Under the pieces are notes generated by a model that made no database searches, had not been told where the DNA came from, and saw nothing but the letters and a program-made list of their open reading frames with translations. A stretch of DNA of 64,000 bases from Oscillospiraceae bacterium (GTDB taxonomy: Bacteria > Bacillota > Clostridia > Oscillospirales > Oscillospiraceae): NCBI GenBank assembly GCA_017540645.1, contig JAFYAQ010000010.1:25785-89784 (forward strand). The letters run 5' to 3'. Below, piece after piece: positions 26,989-35,757 of the stretch. Position numbers and translations under genes: made by a program. The stretch's first letter is position 1. The number at the start of each line of letters is the position of its first letter.

Positions 26989-27876
26989 ATGTTAGCGGAA
27001 TTTGTATTCACTCCGACGGAATCCAAGCACCTGATCGCAAAAGCCGTGGCCCGGCTGCCTCAGGTCCAGAACGCGTTGAAAAACGGCATCGTGGCCATGC
27101 ATCCCAGCACCTCCACCTATTACCTCATGAAAGAGCTGATCGGGGAGTATCCGGATGTGGACAAGGTCTGGGTCACCGGCATGATCGTACCCAAGGCGCA
27201 GTGCGTGGAGGCCCACACCCAGCTGAAAAAATCGGAAAAGACCACCGGCCTGAACAAAGCTCTGGCCAACGCCGGCACCTACCCCCACACCTACGTCATC
27301 GTCAAGGGCCAACGCACCTACGGCTGGGTACTCAACGACCTGACGGAAAAAATGGGCAAAGGGGACATCTATGTCAAAGGCGTCAACGGCTATGATGCCG
27401 AGGGCCGCGTGGCCGTCCAGATCGGCAGCGTGGACGAGTACGGCACCATCGGGCGTATGGTCGCGGCGCGGAAGGTAAACGGCTTCGAGATCATCACCCC
27501 CGTGGGCCTGGAAAAGCTGGTGCCCGGCTCCCTGACCGAAGCGGCCAGGCGGATCAACCGGGGCATCGACTATTCCATGGGCGTCAAGTCCAGACTCTTC
27601 CCCTTCGAAGCCAACGCCATCACCGAAGTTCAAGCCCTGGAGTTTCTCTCCGGCGGCAAGGCCGTGCCGTTCTCCGCAGGCGGCGTCGGAGGTGCGGAAG
27701 GCGCGATCTCCATCGCGGTAGAGGGTACGGAGGAACAGGTCAGCGCGGCCATCGCCGTGGCCGAGTCGGTGAAGGGCTCCCAGCTCCCGCCCATCCATTC
27801 TCCCCAGTGCCTGGACTGCAGCATGCCCAGCTGCTATCTGTGCGGTGTAAAGAAGCCCTGGGTAAAAGATGAGTAA
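26989..27876 (+). CDS. Hypothetical protein with C-terminal Cys cluster (orphan inside the sigma-54 operon)
   Basis: 295-aa ORF in operon spacing with an AGGAGAAGG RBS. I could assign no family. C-terminus CLDCSMPSCYLCG. Confidence 0.6.
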   Translation: MLAEFVFTPTESKHLIAKAVARLPQVQNALKNGIVAMHPSTSTYYLMKELIGEYPDVDKVWVTGMIVPKAQCVEAHTQLKKSEKTTGLNKALANAGTYPHTYVIVKGQRTYGWVLNDLTEKMGKGDIYVKGVNGYDAEGRVAVQIGSVDEYGTIGRMVAARKVNGFEIITPVGLEKLVPGSLTEAARRINRGIDYSMGVKSRLFPFEANAITEVQALEFLSGGKAVPFSAGGVGGAEGAISIAVEGTEEQVSAAIAVAESVKGSQLPPIHSPQCLDCSMPSCYLCGVKKPWVKDE

Positions 27877-27912
27877 AAAAACCATTATAAATTTATTAAG
27901 GAGGTACTAATA

Positions 27913-29301
27913 ATGGGTGAAACTCGCGAATTGGCAAAGTTCGTATCCGAGCTGAAGTATGAGGACATCCCGGAAGAGGTAGTCCTCAAGGCAAAAACCA
28001 CCATGGCCGACTCCCTGGCCGGAGGCATTGCCGGCTTTGTGATCGCCAAGAAGGAATGCAAGTGGATCAAGGATACCGTGGATCAGTTCGGCGGCAAGCC
28101 CGAGACCACCCTGTGGATCGACGGCAGCAAGACCTCCGCTCTGATGGGCGCCCTGTGCAACGGCACCATGATGCACACCGTGGACTACGACGACACCTAT
28201 TACCGTGCCGTGGCCCACATCGGCTCCGCGGTGTTCGCCACCGCCATGTCCCTGGGCGAGGCCCACGACGCCACCGGTAAGGACCTGATCACCTCCTATG
28301 TGGCCGGTTTCGAGGCCGGTGCCCGCGGCGGCAACAGCGTCAACTACCAGACCCACACCCACAGCACCTATTTCCACACCACCGCTCCCACCTGCACCAT
28401 TGCCGCCGGCGCTACCGCCGCCAGGATGATGAACTTCGACGAGGATCAGACCGAGCGCTGCCTGGGTCTGGCCATCGACCAGGCTCAAGGCTTCCGGGCC
28501 TGCCTGGGCCAGGGAGACTTCACCAAGAGCCTCCACTGCGGCTGGCCTGCCATGCGTGGCGTTATGGCCTCCACCCTGGTGGGGAACGGCTCCACTGCTC
28601 CCCGTGGCCTGCTGGAAGATCCTCAGGGCTTCTGCAACGCCATGTCTCAGGATCCCAGACTGGATGAGATCACCCGTGGCCTGGGCACCATCTGGGAGCT
28701 GATGGGCGACTCCATCAAGATGTACCCCTCCATCGGCTGCGGCCACACCGCCGTGGAGACGCTGGCCACCATTTTCCGGGAGCAGAATCTGAAGCTGGAC
28801 GATGTGGAGTCTGTGCACATCCGCATCACCTATCTGGGGCCCGGCCAGGGCGCTCACAAGGAGTTCCACACCCCCATGCAGGCCCGTCTCTCCATGGCCT
28901 ATGCCTGCGCCACGGAGGCTCTCACCGGACATATCCTCCTCACCGACTACACCGATTCCGCCATCGACTTTGAGCGCGGCAAGCCCAGAAATCCCGAAGT
29001 CGAAAAACTGATGGAGATGATCGTTCTGGAGCAGGATCGGAGCCTCAACGAGCAGTATCCCGACGGCTCCGCCGCCGAGGCCACGGTCGTCACCAAGGAC
29101 GGTCGGACCTTCCAGTCCTTCCAGATCTATCCCCGGGGCTGCTCACCCCAGCGTCCCGCCACGGCGGAGGAGCTCTACAACAAGTTCATCGACGTCATCA
29201 CTCTGGTCTGGACCAAGGAAAAGGCCGAAAAAGTGTACGACATGTTCCTGAACCTGGAGGATTACACAGTCCGGGATCTCGTAGCGGCCATCATTGCCTG
29301 A
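27913..29301 (+). CDS. MmgE/PrpD family dehydratase
   Basis: 462 aa; N-terminal LAKFVSELKYEDIPEEV. The overall PrpD pattern includes DYDDTY, GFEAG and HCGWPA. Confidence 0.85.
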   Translation: MGETRELAKFVSELKYEDIPEEVVLKAKTTMADSLAGGIAGFVIAKKECKWIKDTVDQFGGKPETTLWIDGSKTSALMGALCNGTMMHTVDYDDTYYRAVAHIGSAVFATAMSLGEAHDATGKDLITSYVAGFEAGARGGNSVNYQTHTHSTYFHTTAPTCTIAAGATAARMMNFDEDQTERCLGLAIDQAQGFRACLGQGDFTKSLHCGWPAMRGVMASTLVGNGSTAPRGLLEDPQGFCNAMSQDPRLDEITRGLGTIWELMGDSIKMYPSIGCGHTAVETLATIFREQNLKLDDVESVHIRITYLGPGQGAHKEFHTPMQARLSMAYACATEALTGHILLTDYTDSAIDFERGKPRNPEVEKLMEMIVLEQDRSLNEQYPDGSAAEATVVTKDGRTFQSFQIYPRGCSPQRPATAEELYNKFIDVITLVWTKEKAEKVYDMFLNLEDYTVRDLVAAIIA

Positions 29302-29339
29302 GTATTGCACGGGAAATAAAATATTAGGAGGATATAAAA

Positions 29340-30644
29340 ATGCCAGCAGGTGTTGTTTGGTTTTTGATTCTGCTTGTGGTGTCCATTGCGATCGGCGCCG
29401 CGTTCAAGAAAAACATCGGTATCTTCGCTGTTCTCTCCGCTTTCCTGATTGCGGGCTTTATTGAGCCCTCCATCGGCGTCAGCGCCGTGTTCAGTGCCTG
29501 GCCCTCCAAACTGTTTGTCACGCTGCTGTTCGTCATGTTCTGGTTCGGCTTCGCCGTCACCAACGGAACGCTGAGCAAAATGGCCGACAATGTGGTGTGG
29601 GCGTTCCGGGGCGCACCCTGGGCCATTCCCTTTGTACTCTTTCTCCTGATCCTGCTCCTGTCCGCCGGCGGCATGGCGACCTACGCCTGCTTTGCCTTCA
29701 TGGGCCCCATCGTGGTGGAGATCGCCAAGAAGCTGAAGATGCATCGGATCATGGTGGCCTGCATCGTCATCGGCGGCTCGGTGATCGGCGGCATGACCCC
29801 CATCAGCCAGCTGGGACTGACGCATCTGAACACCATCACAAACGTAGGATACACCGCCGAGGAGGCCCGGCATATTCTCTGGGTCATGTTTGCCAACAAC
29901 TTCATCGGCGAGTTCCTGATGTTCCTGATCTGCTACTTCGTGTTCAAGACCTACAAGGTCAAGCTGGATCCGACCTTTGAAAAGCCCTCTCCCCTGGACG
30001 AGACACAGCGGAAGACCCTGTGGGTGTTCGGCAGCGGCATTGGCATCATCGTGCTGTTCTCCCTGCTGTATACCTTCTTCCCCAAGGTCGCTCTGATCAA
30101 GACCCTCTACAAGGGCTTTGACATCACTCTCGTAGCGCTTGTCGGTATCATCCTGTGCAACTTCCTGAAGATCGGCGAGCATAAGAAGGCCCTGTCCATT
30201 GTCCCGCTGGATTCTCTGATCCTGGTCTGCGGCATCAGCGTACTGGTCAGCATCGGCACCAAGGCCGGCGCGGTGGACGCCCTCTCTGCCTGGGCCGGCT
30301 CCAGCATCAACGGCACGGTGGCTCCGTACTTCATGGTCGTCATCAGCGCCATCTACAGTCTGTTCGCCGCGGCTGTTGGCGTAGTCGTCCCCACCATGGC
30401 CACGCTGATCCCCGGCCTGGTGGCCGCCAACGCCGCCTTCACTCCGGCGTACCTCTTCTCCCTGTCCAACACCCCCGCCATCCTCACCGGATACAGCCCC
30501 TTCTCCAGCGGCGGCTCCATCACCATGAGCGGCGTATTCGATCAGAAGGAGCGGGACGAACTGTTCAAATGGCTGCTGGTCTTCCCCGCCATGTCCACCG
30601 TGGTCTCCCTGATCCTCACTGCGCTCGGTCTGGTCATCAAATAA
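29340..30644 (+). CDS. Polytopic anion permease (ion-transporter superfamily, CitMHS/ArsB-NhaD-like)
   Basis: 434 aa, ~12 hydrophobic segments. Clear paralogue of the ORF at 62674-63966 (shared NGTL(S/K)K(M/L)A, LSAGG/GLGAGG and central EKPSPLDE/AKPEPLDE blocks). Confidence 0.7.
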   Translation: MPAGVVWFLILLVVSIAIGAAFKKNIGIFAVLSAFLIAGFIEPSIGVSAVFSAWPSKLFVTLLFVMFWFGFAVTNGTLSKMADNVVWAFRGAPWAIPFVLFLLILLLSAGGMATYACFAFMGPIVVEIAKKLKMHRIMVACIVIGGSVIGGMTPISQLGLTHLNTITNVGYTAEEARHILWVMFANNFIGEFLMFLICYFVFKTYKVKLDPTFEKPSPLDETQRKTLWVFGSGIGIIVLFSLLYTFFPKVALIKTLYKGFDITLVALVGIILCNFLKIGEHKKALSIVPLDSLILVCGISVLVSIGTKAGAVDALSAWAGSSINGTVAPYFMVVISAIYSLFAAAVGVVVPTMATLIPGLVAANAAFTPAYLFSLSNTPAILTGYSPFSSGGSITMSGVFDQKERDELFKWLLVFPAMSTVVSLILTALGLVIK

Positions 30645-30702
30645 ACGTTTCCCCTCCCTTTCTGCTCCCGCGTTTCCCAAAAGGGGCGGCGGCCGGCTCG
30701 GT

Positions 30703-30743
30703 CCGCCGCCCTGAGGGATGGCTTTGCGGAGCGGCCTCTGTGA
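30703..30743 (+). pseudogene. Remnant copy of the hisK 3' end
   Basis: ccgccgccctgaggg + atggctttgcggagcggcctct reproduces 20782-20796 and 20830-20851. It reads ..[12 protein letters not shown]-stop, against ..[23 protein letters not shown]-stop in the intact gene. Confidence 0.7.
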
Positions 30744-30756
30744 TACAACGCAAATC

Positions 30757-30810
30757 ATCGCCCCCTGTCCGGCAGACCAAGCTGCCGGACAGGGGGCGAT
30801 GTTATTTTTT
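30757..30810 (+). terminator. Intrinsic terminator, homologous in layout to the his terminator
   Basis: 19-bp stem atcgccccctgtccggcag / ctgccggacagggggcgat followed by gTTaTTTTTT. Confidence 0.85.
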
Positions 30811-30825
30811 CTGCGAAGCTCTTTC

Positions 30826-31554
30826 TCAGGCAAGAGAGTTATATGCTCCCTCGTCCACCGCTTCGCACCACTCGGTTTTCGTGTCCGTGCCGGGGATCTC
30901 CTGGGCGATGTGCTGGAACCAGGAATCCCGGGCGGCGCCGTGCCAGTGCTTCACGTTGGCGGGGATATTCACCACATCCCCCGGATGCAGCTCCCGCGGC
31001 TCTTTCCCCCACTCCTGATACCAGCCGCGTCCGTGGACGCAGATCAGCAGCTGTCCGCCGCCAGCGGCGGCGTGGTGGATATGCCAGTTGTTGCGGCATC
31101 CCGGCTCAAAGGTCACGTTGAAACTGGGGACCTGCTCCATGGTCAGGGGCTTGAGATAGCTCTGCCCCACGAAATACCGGGCAAAGCCGGTATTCGGCTC
31201 CCCGATGGGCAGCGTCAGCGCCGGGCGGGAGTCGTCTTCCTCGCCGTAGACCTCCGCGATCAGGGGGAAGGTGCTCCAGGCCTTGGGCCAGCCGCAGTAA
31301 AAGGCCAGCTGGGTCACCAGCTCCACGGCCTCGCTCTTTGTTACGCCATGCTCCTTGCCCATGGCCAGGTGGGCCTTGAGCTGGGGGTAAAGTCCCGCGG
31401 AGAACAGCGCCGCGATGGTGATCATGCTTCTGTCCCGGGGAGAGAGCTCGCTCTCCCGGGACCAGATCTGGCCGAACAGCACATCGTCGTTCAGCTCCGC
31501 GAATTTCGGGGCCAGCGCGCCCAGATGGTCGCGCCCGGCTGTCTGTTTTTTCAT
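30826..31554 (-). CDS. Carboxymuconolactone decarboxylase-family domain fused to a cupin domain
   Basis: The N-terminus LFGQIWSRESELSPRDRSMITIAAL is CMD-like. The C-terminus NNWHIHHAAAGGGQLLICVHGRGWYQEWG..GDVVNIPANVKHWHGA has the cupin motifs. Confidence 0.8.
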   Translation of the reverse strand: MKKQTAGRDHLGALAPKFAELNDDVLFGQIWSRESELSPRDRSMITIAALFSAGLYPQLKAHLAMGKEHGVTKSEAVELVTQLAFYCGWPKAWSTFPLIAEVYGEEDDSRPALTLPIGEPNTGFARYFVGQSYLKPLTMEQVPSFNVTFEPGCRNNWHIHHAAAGGGQLLICVHGRGWYQEWGKEPRELHPGDVVNIPANVKHWHGAARDSWFQHIAQEIPGTDTKTEWCEAVDEGAYNSLA

Positions 31555-31566
31555 CGTCGCCGCTCC

Positions 31567-32148
31567 TTATCCCCGCGCCGCCTTCATGATCTCCTTGCCG
31601 GCGTTCCAGGCCTTGCCCACCTTTTCCGTCGCCACATAGTAGCCAGGCTGGAACTGGTCGAAGATCAGGGCGTTCAGCTTCATGGGATTGACCTTCCCGT
31701 TTTCATCCAGCACGCTCTCCTCGGCGCTGACATTGACGATCCGCCCCACCACCGCATGGAGATTCTCCGTCTCGGTGATCTCCGCCAGCTCGCATTCCAT
31801 GGCCAGGGGGAACTCCGTGATGATGGGCGCGTTGACATGCTTGCTCTTTTCCTCATGGTAGCCGGATCTTAAAAATTTGTCGGGCATCCGGTTGCCGGTG
31901 GCGATGCCGTAATAATCCGCCACGTCCATGTGGTCTCTGTCCGCAATGCTGACCGTAAAAGCCCCGGTCTGGCGGATGGCCTTGGTGGTGGCATGCTCCT
32001 CGTCGATGAAGAGGGCGATCTTGTCCATGTCGCTGATCATGCCCCAGGCCGCGTTCATCACCTGCACGGTCCCGGCCGCGTCATAGGCCGCGACCATCAG
32101 CACCGGCATGGGGAAGACCGCCGGCACTTTCCCCAGATCTTTTCTCAT
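31567..32148 (-). CDS. Flavin reductase-like FMN-binding protein
   Basis: Start at MRKDLGK (ATG 32148, GGAGG 11 nt upstream). PVLMVAAYD..NAAWGMI pattern of the flavin reductase split-barrel family. Confidence 0.75.
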   Translation of the reverse strand: MRKDLGKVPAVFPMPVLMVAAYDAAGTVQVMNAAWGMISDMDKIALFIDEEHATTKAIRQTGAFTVSIADRDHMDVADYYGIATGNRMPDKFLRSGYHEEKSKHVNAPIITEFPLAMECELAEITETENLHAVVGRIVNVSAEESVLDENGKVNPMKLNALIFDQFQPGYYVATEKVGKAWNAGKEIMKAARG

Positions 32149-32292
32149 ATTCGTCGTACCTCCCAATACTAAATCGTGGTTTTTCCTGTCTCTTTACAGG
32201 CTATGCACTCACGACTTTATTTTACACTGTTTTTCTGAATTGTCCAATGTTTCATGCAAAGCTTCCATTCCGGCCGTATGCGGAGGCGCTTC

Positions 32293-32601
32293 TCACAGCA
32301 AACGGATCAGGAGCATGTAAAGGGCCGTCCCGGTGAGGATGCTCCAAACGGAATTGCGCTTCCAGCACTGGACGCCCACCACCCCCGCCGCGGCCAGCAG
32401 CTCCGGCAGTCCAAAGGGCGCGGCAGTGATCGCCACATCCTTGAGACAGTAGATCACCAGCATGCCGATGATGGCCGCGGGGAGCACCCGGCCCAGATAA
32501 CGGACATAGGGCGGGGTCTTTTCCCGGAACACCAGGAAGGGGAGGAAGCGCAGGGCCATGGTGACCAGCGCCATCACCGCCACAAGAAGGGCCGCTCTCA
32601 T
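32293..32601 (-). CDS. azlD: Branched-chain amino acid exporter small subunit AzlD
   Basis: Start at MRAALLVAV (ATG 32601), overlapping the azlC stop. ~102 aa, 3-4 TM helices, LRFLPFLVF motif. Confidence 0.8.
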   Translation of the reverse strand: MRAALLVAVMALVTMALRFLPFLVFREKTPPYVRYLGRVLPAAIIGMLVIYCLKDVAITAAPFGLPELLAAAGVVGVQCWKRNSVWSILTGTALYMLLIRLL

Positions 32602-33290
32602 TGTGCCGCCTCCTCTCTGCCGCGCAGAAGGGTCAGTGCCAGCGTGATCAGCCCCATAGCCGGGATCAGGAAGCGCTCCCGCCCGAAGATCAGCAGGCAC
32701 AGCAGCGTGCCCAGCAGGCCGACCAGCGCCGGAAGGTGGTCACGCGTCTCTAGCCACTGCTCCGTAAAGGACGCCACGAACAGGGCCGTCATGGAAAACT
32801 CGATCCCCGCGGTGGAAAAGGGCAGCACCGAAGCCAGGAGGCTCCCCAAGACACTCCCCCCGACCCAATAGCAATGATTGAACAGGGAGAGCATAAAGCG
32901 GTATCGGTCGGCATTCTCCTCGTCCGGCGTCTTTCCGTCACAGACCAGGGAATAGGTCTCGTCCGTCAGGGCAAAGATCATATAGGGCTTATACTTTCCC
33001 GCGTTTTTGTACCGTTCGATCATGGAGATGCTGTAAAAAAGATGCCGGGCGTTCACCATGAAGGTCGTCAGGATCGTGGCAAGGACGCCGGCCCCGCCGG
33101 TGATCAGGCTCACGCCCACATACTGCATGGCTCCGGCGTAAATAAAGGCGCTCATGGCAAAGGCCCACACGACCCCATAGCCCGCGTTTCGCAGCAGGAT
33201 GCCAAAGCCGGCCCCCAGGACCACATAGCCGGCCATCACCGGAAGGGACCGATAAAACGCCTGCCGGACGATTTTTCTGTTCATTCGCAT
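32598..33290 (-). CDS. azlC: AzlC family branched-chain amino acid exporter
   Basis: 230 aa polytopic protein; FIYAGAMQYV and NARHLFYS motifs. Confidence 0.85.
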   Translation of the reverse strand: MRMNRKIVRQAFYRSLPVMAGYVVLGAGFGILLRNAGYGVVWAFAMSAFIYAGAMQYVGVSLITGGAGVLATILTTFMVNARHLFYSISMIERYKNAGKYKPYMIFALTDETYSLVCDGKTPDEENADRYRFMLSLFNHCYWVGGSVLGSLLASVLPFSTAGIEFSMTALFVASFTEQWLETRDHLPALVGLLGTLLCLLIFGRERFLIPAMGLITLALTLLRGREEAAQ

Positions 33291-33440
33291 ATCCCCTTTT
33301 CTCGCGCGCCAAACGGTTTACCCAAACATAATGCCCTAACTTTGCCTGGCGGTCAAGCAAAAACCGGCCGTCTCCGGCAATCCGGGCAAAAAACGCCCCG
33401 CGCCGGATCCGCGGTCCGGGCGGGGACGTCTTGGGGGCGA

Positions 33441-34364
33441 TCATTTGTTTTTCGGCGGGGCGATCCCCTTTGTCTGGATAAACTGATAAAAGGCATGGAT
33501 GTGCGGAGGTACCGTGCGCTGCTTTCGTATCACCATCTGCGTGTCCCGGATCAGCGGGTTTTCCAGCGGGATCGTCACCAGCTCGTCGGACTCCTCGATC
33601 ACCAGCTTGGAGAGAATGGCGATCCCCACATTTTGCGACACCATGTGCAGCACCGAGCGTACATTGGTGCAGTAGGTGGCGATACTGACATGGACGCCAT
33701 AGGCCTCCAATGTGCTGCGGATGGCCGTATGGTACACGTCCATGGTTTTATCGGTGGTGATCAGGCGCTGGCCCTCCAGATCCGCATAGGTCAAAAGCTT
33801 TTTGCCCGCCAGGGGGTGGGATCGGTTCACAAAGACAAAGTACGGGTCAATGGAAAAAGAACAGGAGATGTAGCGCGGGTCTCCGGAAAAGTTTTTGTGC
33901 TCCCCGTTTTGCAGGTACATGCTGGACACGAAGACCACGTCCAGTTCCCTCTGCTCCAGACGCTGCAGGAGGGGCGTGGTGGTGGATTCCTCCATGGTCA
34001 CGTTCATGGCCGGATACTGCTTCATGAATTCCGCCAGCAGGGGGACCAGCCGGTTGTTCATGCCAAAATAAATGCTGCCTACCCGGAGGTCTCTCTGGTT
34101 GGCGGTCCGGTGGTACTCCGCCGACTGGTACAGGCCGTCCGCGTCTTCCAGGATCTTGGCGGCATAGTACATCACATCCTCGCCGGCGGGCGTCAGGCGT
34201 ACACGCCGGGTGGTGCGCTCAAAGATCTCCACTCCCAGCTCCTCCTCCAGCTTCCGCACGCTTTTGGACACGGAAGACTGGGAGCGGTGCAGACGCTCCG
34301 CCGCGTCCAGATAGGTCTTTTCCTGAATGATCGCCAGCACGCAGCGCAGCTGATCCAGATCCAT
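33441..34364 (-). CDS. LysR family transcriptional regulator
   Basis: MDLDQLRCVLAIIQEKTYLDAAERLHRSQSSVSKSVRKLEEELGVEIFER: wHTH followed by a LysR substrate-binding domain. Confidence 0.9.
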   Translation of the reverse strand: MDLDQLRCVLAIIQEKTYLDAAERLHRSQSSVSKSVRKLEEELGVEIFERTTRRVRLTPAGEDVMYYAAKILEDADGLYQSAEYHRTANQRDLRVGSIYFGMNNRLVPLLAEFMKQYPAMNVTMEESTTTPLLQRLEQRELDVVFVSSMYLQNGEHKNFSGDPRYISCSFSIDPYFVFVNRSHPLAGKKLLTYADLEGQRLITTDKTMDVYHTAIRSTLEAYGVHVSIATYCTNVRSVLHMVSQNVGIAILSKLVIEESDELVTIPLENPLIRDTQMVIRKQRTVPPHIHAFYQFIQTKGIAPPKNK

Positions 34365-34452
34365 GATCCGTCCCCCTTTCCATAGGCAAAAACGCCCGCC
34401 GCAGACAGCCTCCCCGGAACGGATCCGGAGATGCTGTCTGCGCGGTTTTTGT

Positions 34453-35730
34453 TTACATAACGCGGCTCCCGATGGTCTTGCCGTCGATTTTGTTGAGCGG
34501 CACGCCGGTCTTCACCGATTCCGCCGCTGCGACCCCGGCCGCCTCGCCCAGGCGCATGCAGGTGATCATCACCCGGATGCTGGCGTGAGCCTCGTACTCG
34601 GTGGAGATACAGCGCCCTGCCAGGATCAGGTTTTCGACCTCCGGGGTCACCATGGCCCGGTAGGGGATGGTGAACACGCCGGTTTTGGGTTTTTTGATGG
34701 TGCTGCCGATGCCGTCGGTATCGTGGACGTCGATGGGATAGGAGCTTTTCGCCACGGCGTCGTCAAAGACCCGGCCCTCCAGCACATCCTGGTTTTTCAG
34801 CACGTAGCAGCCCTGGATGCGCCGGGAATCCCGCAGGCCGGTAAAGCTGCCGGTGGCCGACAGCGTGGCCCCGGCAAAGCCGGGCACATGGCCGATAAAA
34901 TAATCGCTGATGCTCTTCACCTGCTCCCGGGCCTCCATCTCCGCCCGGGTCCAGTCCCTGGTGTCCAGGGGGTTGACCTTCACGCGGGTCATGTTCACAT
35001 ACCGGAGGCCGTTGGGCAGCGGGCGGGCCAGCAGGTTGTTGACCTTCAGCACCCCGGCCTTCACGCCCTCCATGGCGATGGCGGTCTTCTCCGTCTGGGG
35101 GAGGCCGTCATAGCGCTCGGCGTCCACGCCGGCGGCATAGAACATCAGACTGCCCGGCTGCAGAACGCCGTTTTCATCGCCCACCACGGAGCGGCAGCCC
35201 GCGTCCGCGGCCACGGAGCCGTGGAAGGAGGCGTCGACCACCGTTTTGGCCCGGACGCGCTGGATGCCCTCCTCGTTATGGAAGACCACCGTGCGGATCC
35301 GGCCGTTCTCCGTCTCCGTGCCGATCACCCGGGTGTGCAGCAGCACCTCCGCCCCGGAGGCCGTCACCAGCCGGTGGATCACCCGGATCAGGGCCTCGTA
35401 CTCATAGGGGATCACCTGCATTTCCAGATCCTTCCGGCCGCTGATCCAGATGGTCTGCACGCCGGGGGTGGCGCCCTCGGCCTCCAGGCCCTCCAGCACG
35501 TCCCGGATCACGCCCTTTTTGGGGGCGAAGCCCTCGCCCTCGGCAAAGCCCATGAACATGCCGATCTGCGCGCCGGTGGCCGTTCCGCCCAGGAAGGCCT
35601 TTTCCTCCAGGATCAGAGTCTTCGCCCCGTTCTTGGCGGCGGTGAGGCCGGCGGCAAAGCCCGCCGTGCCTCCGCCGACGACAACGGTATCGTATTCTCC
35701 CACCAGGGGGAACGCTTCGAATTTGCTCAT
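34453..35730 (-). CDS. FAD-dependent oxidoreductase (FAD_oxidored-type)
   Basis: 425 aa; YDTVVVGGGTAGFAAGLTAAKNGAKTLILEEKAFLGG dinucleotide fold. Confidence 0.8.
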   Translation of the reverse strand: MSKFEAFPLVGEYDTVVVGGGTAGFAAGLTAAKNGAKTLILEEKAFLGGTATGAQIGMFMGFAEGEGFAPKKGVIRDVLEGLEAEGATPGVQTIWISGRKDLEMQVIPYEYEALIRVIHRLVTASGAEVLLHTRVIGTETENGRIRTVVFHNEEGIQRVRAKTVVDASFHGSVAADAGCRSVVGDENGVLQPGSLMFYAAGVDAERYDGLPQTEKTAIAMEGVKAGVLKVNNLLARPLPNGLRYVNMTRVKVNPLDTRDWTRAEMEAREQVKSISDYFIGHVPGFAGATLSATGSFTGLRDSRRIQGCYVLKNQDVLEGRVFDDAVAKSSYPIDVHDTDGIGSTIKKPKTGVFTIPYRAMVTPEVENLILAGRCISTEYEAHASIRVMITCMRLGEAAGVAAAESVKTGVPLNKIDGKTIGSRVM

Positions 35731-35757
35731 TTTGGCACCTTTCCTGTCAAATCCGGA

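Noticed and set aside
30718-31872. 384-aa + strand ORF starting inside the hisK remnant
   Set aside because: It is antisense to the CMD-cupin and flavin reductase genes. The translation is Arg/Gly/Leu-rich without motifs, and its start coincides with the remnant only by chance of frame.
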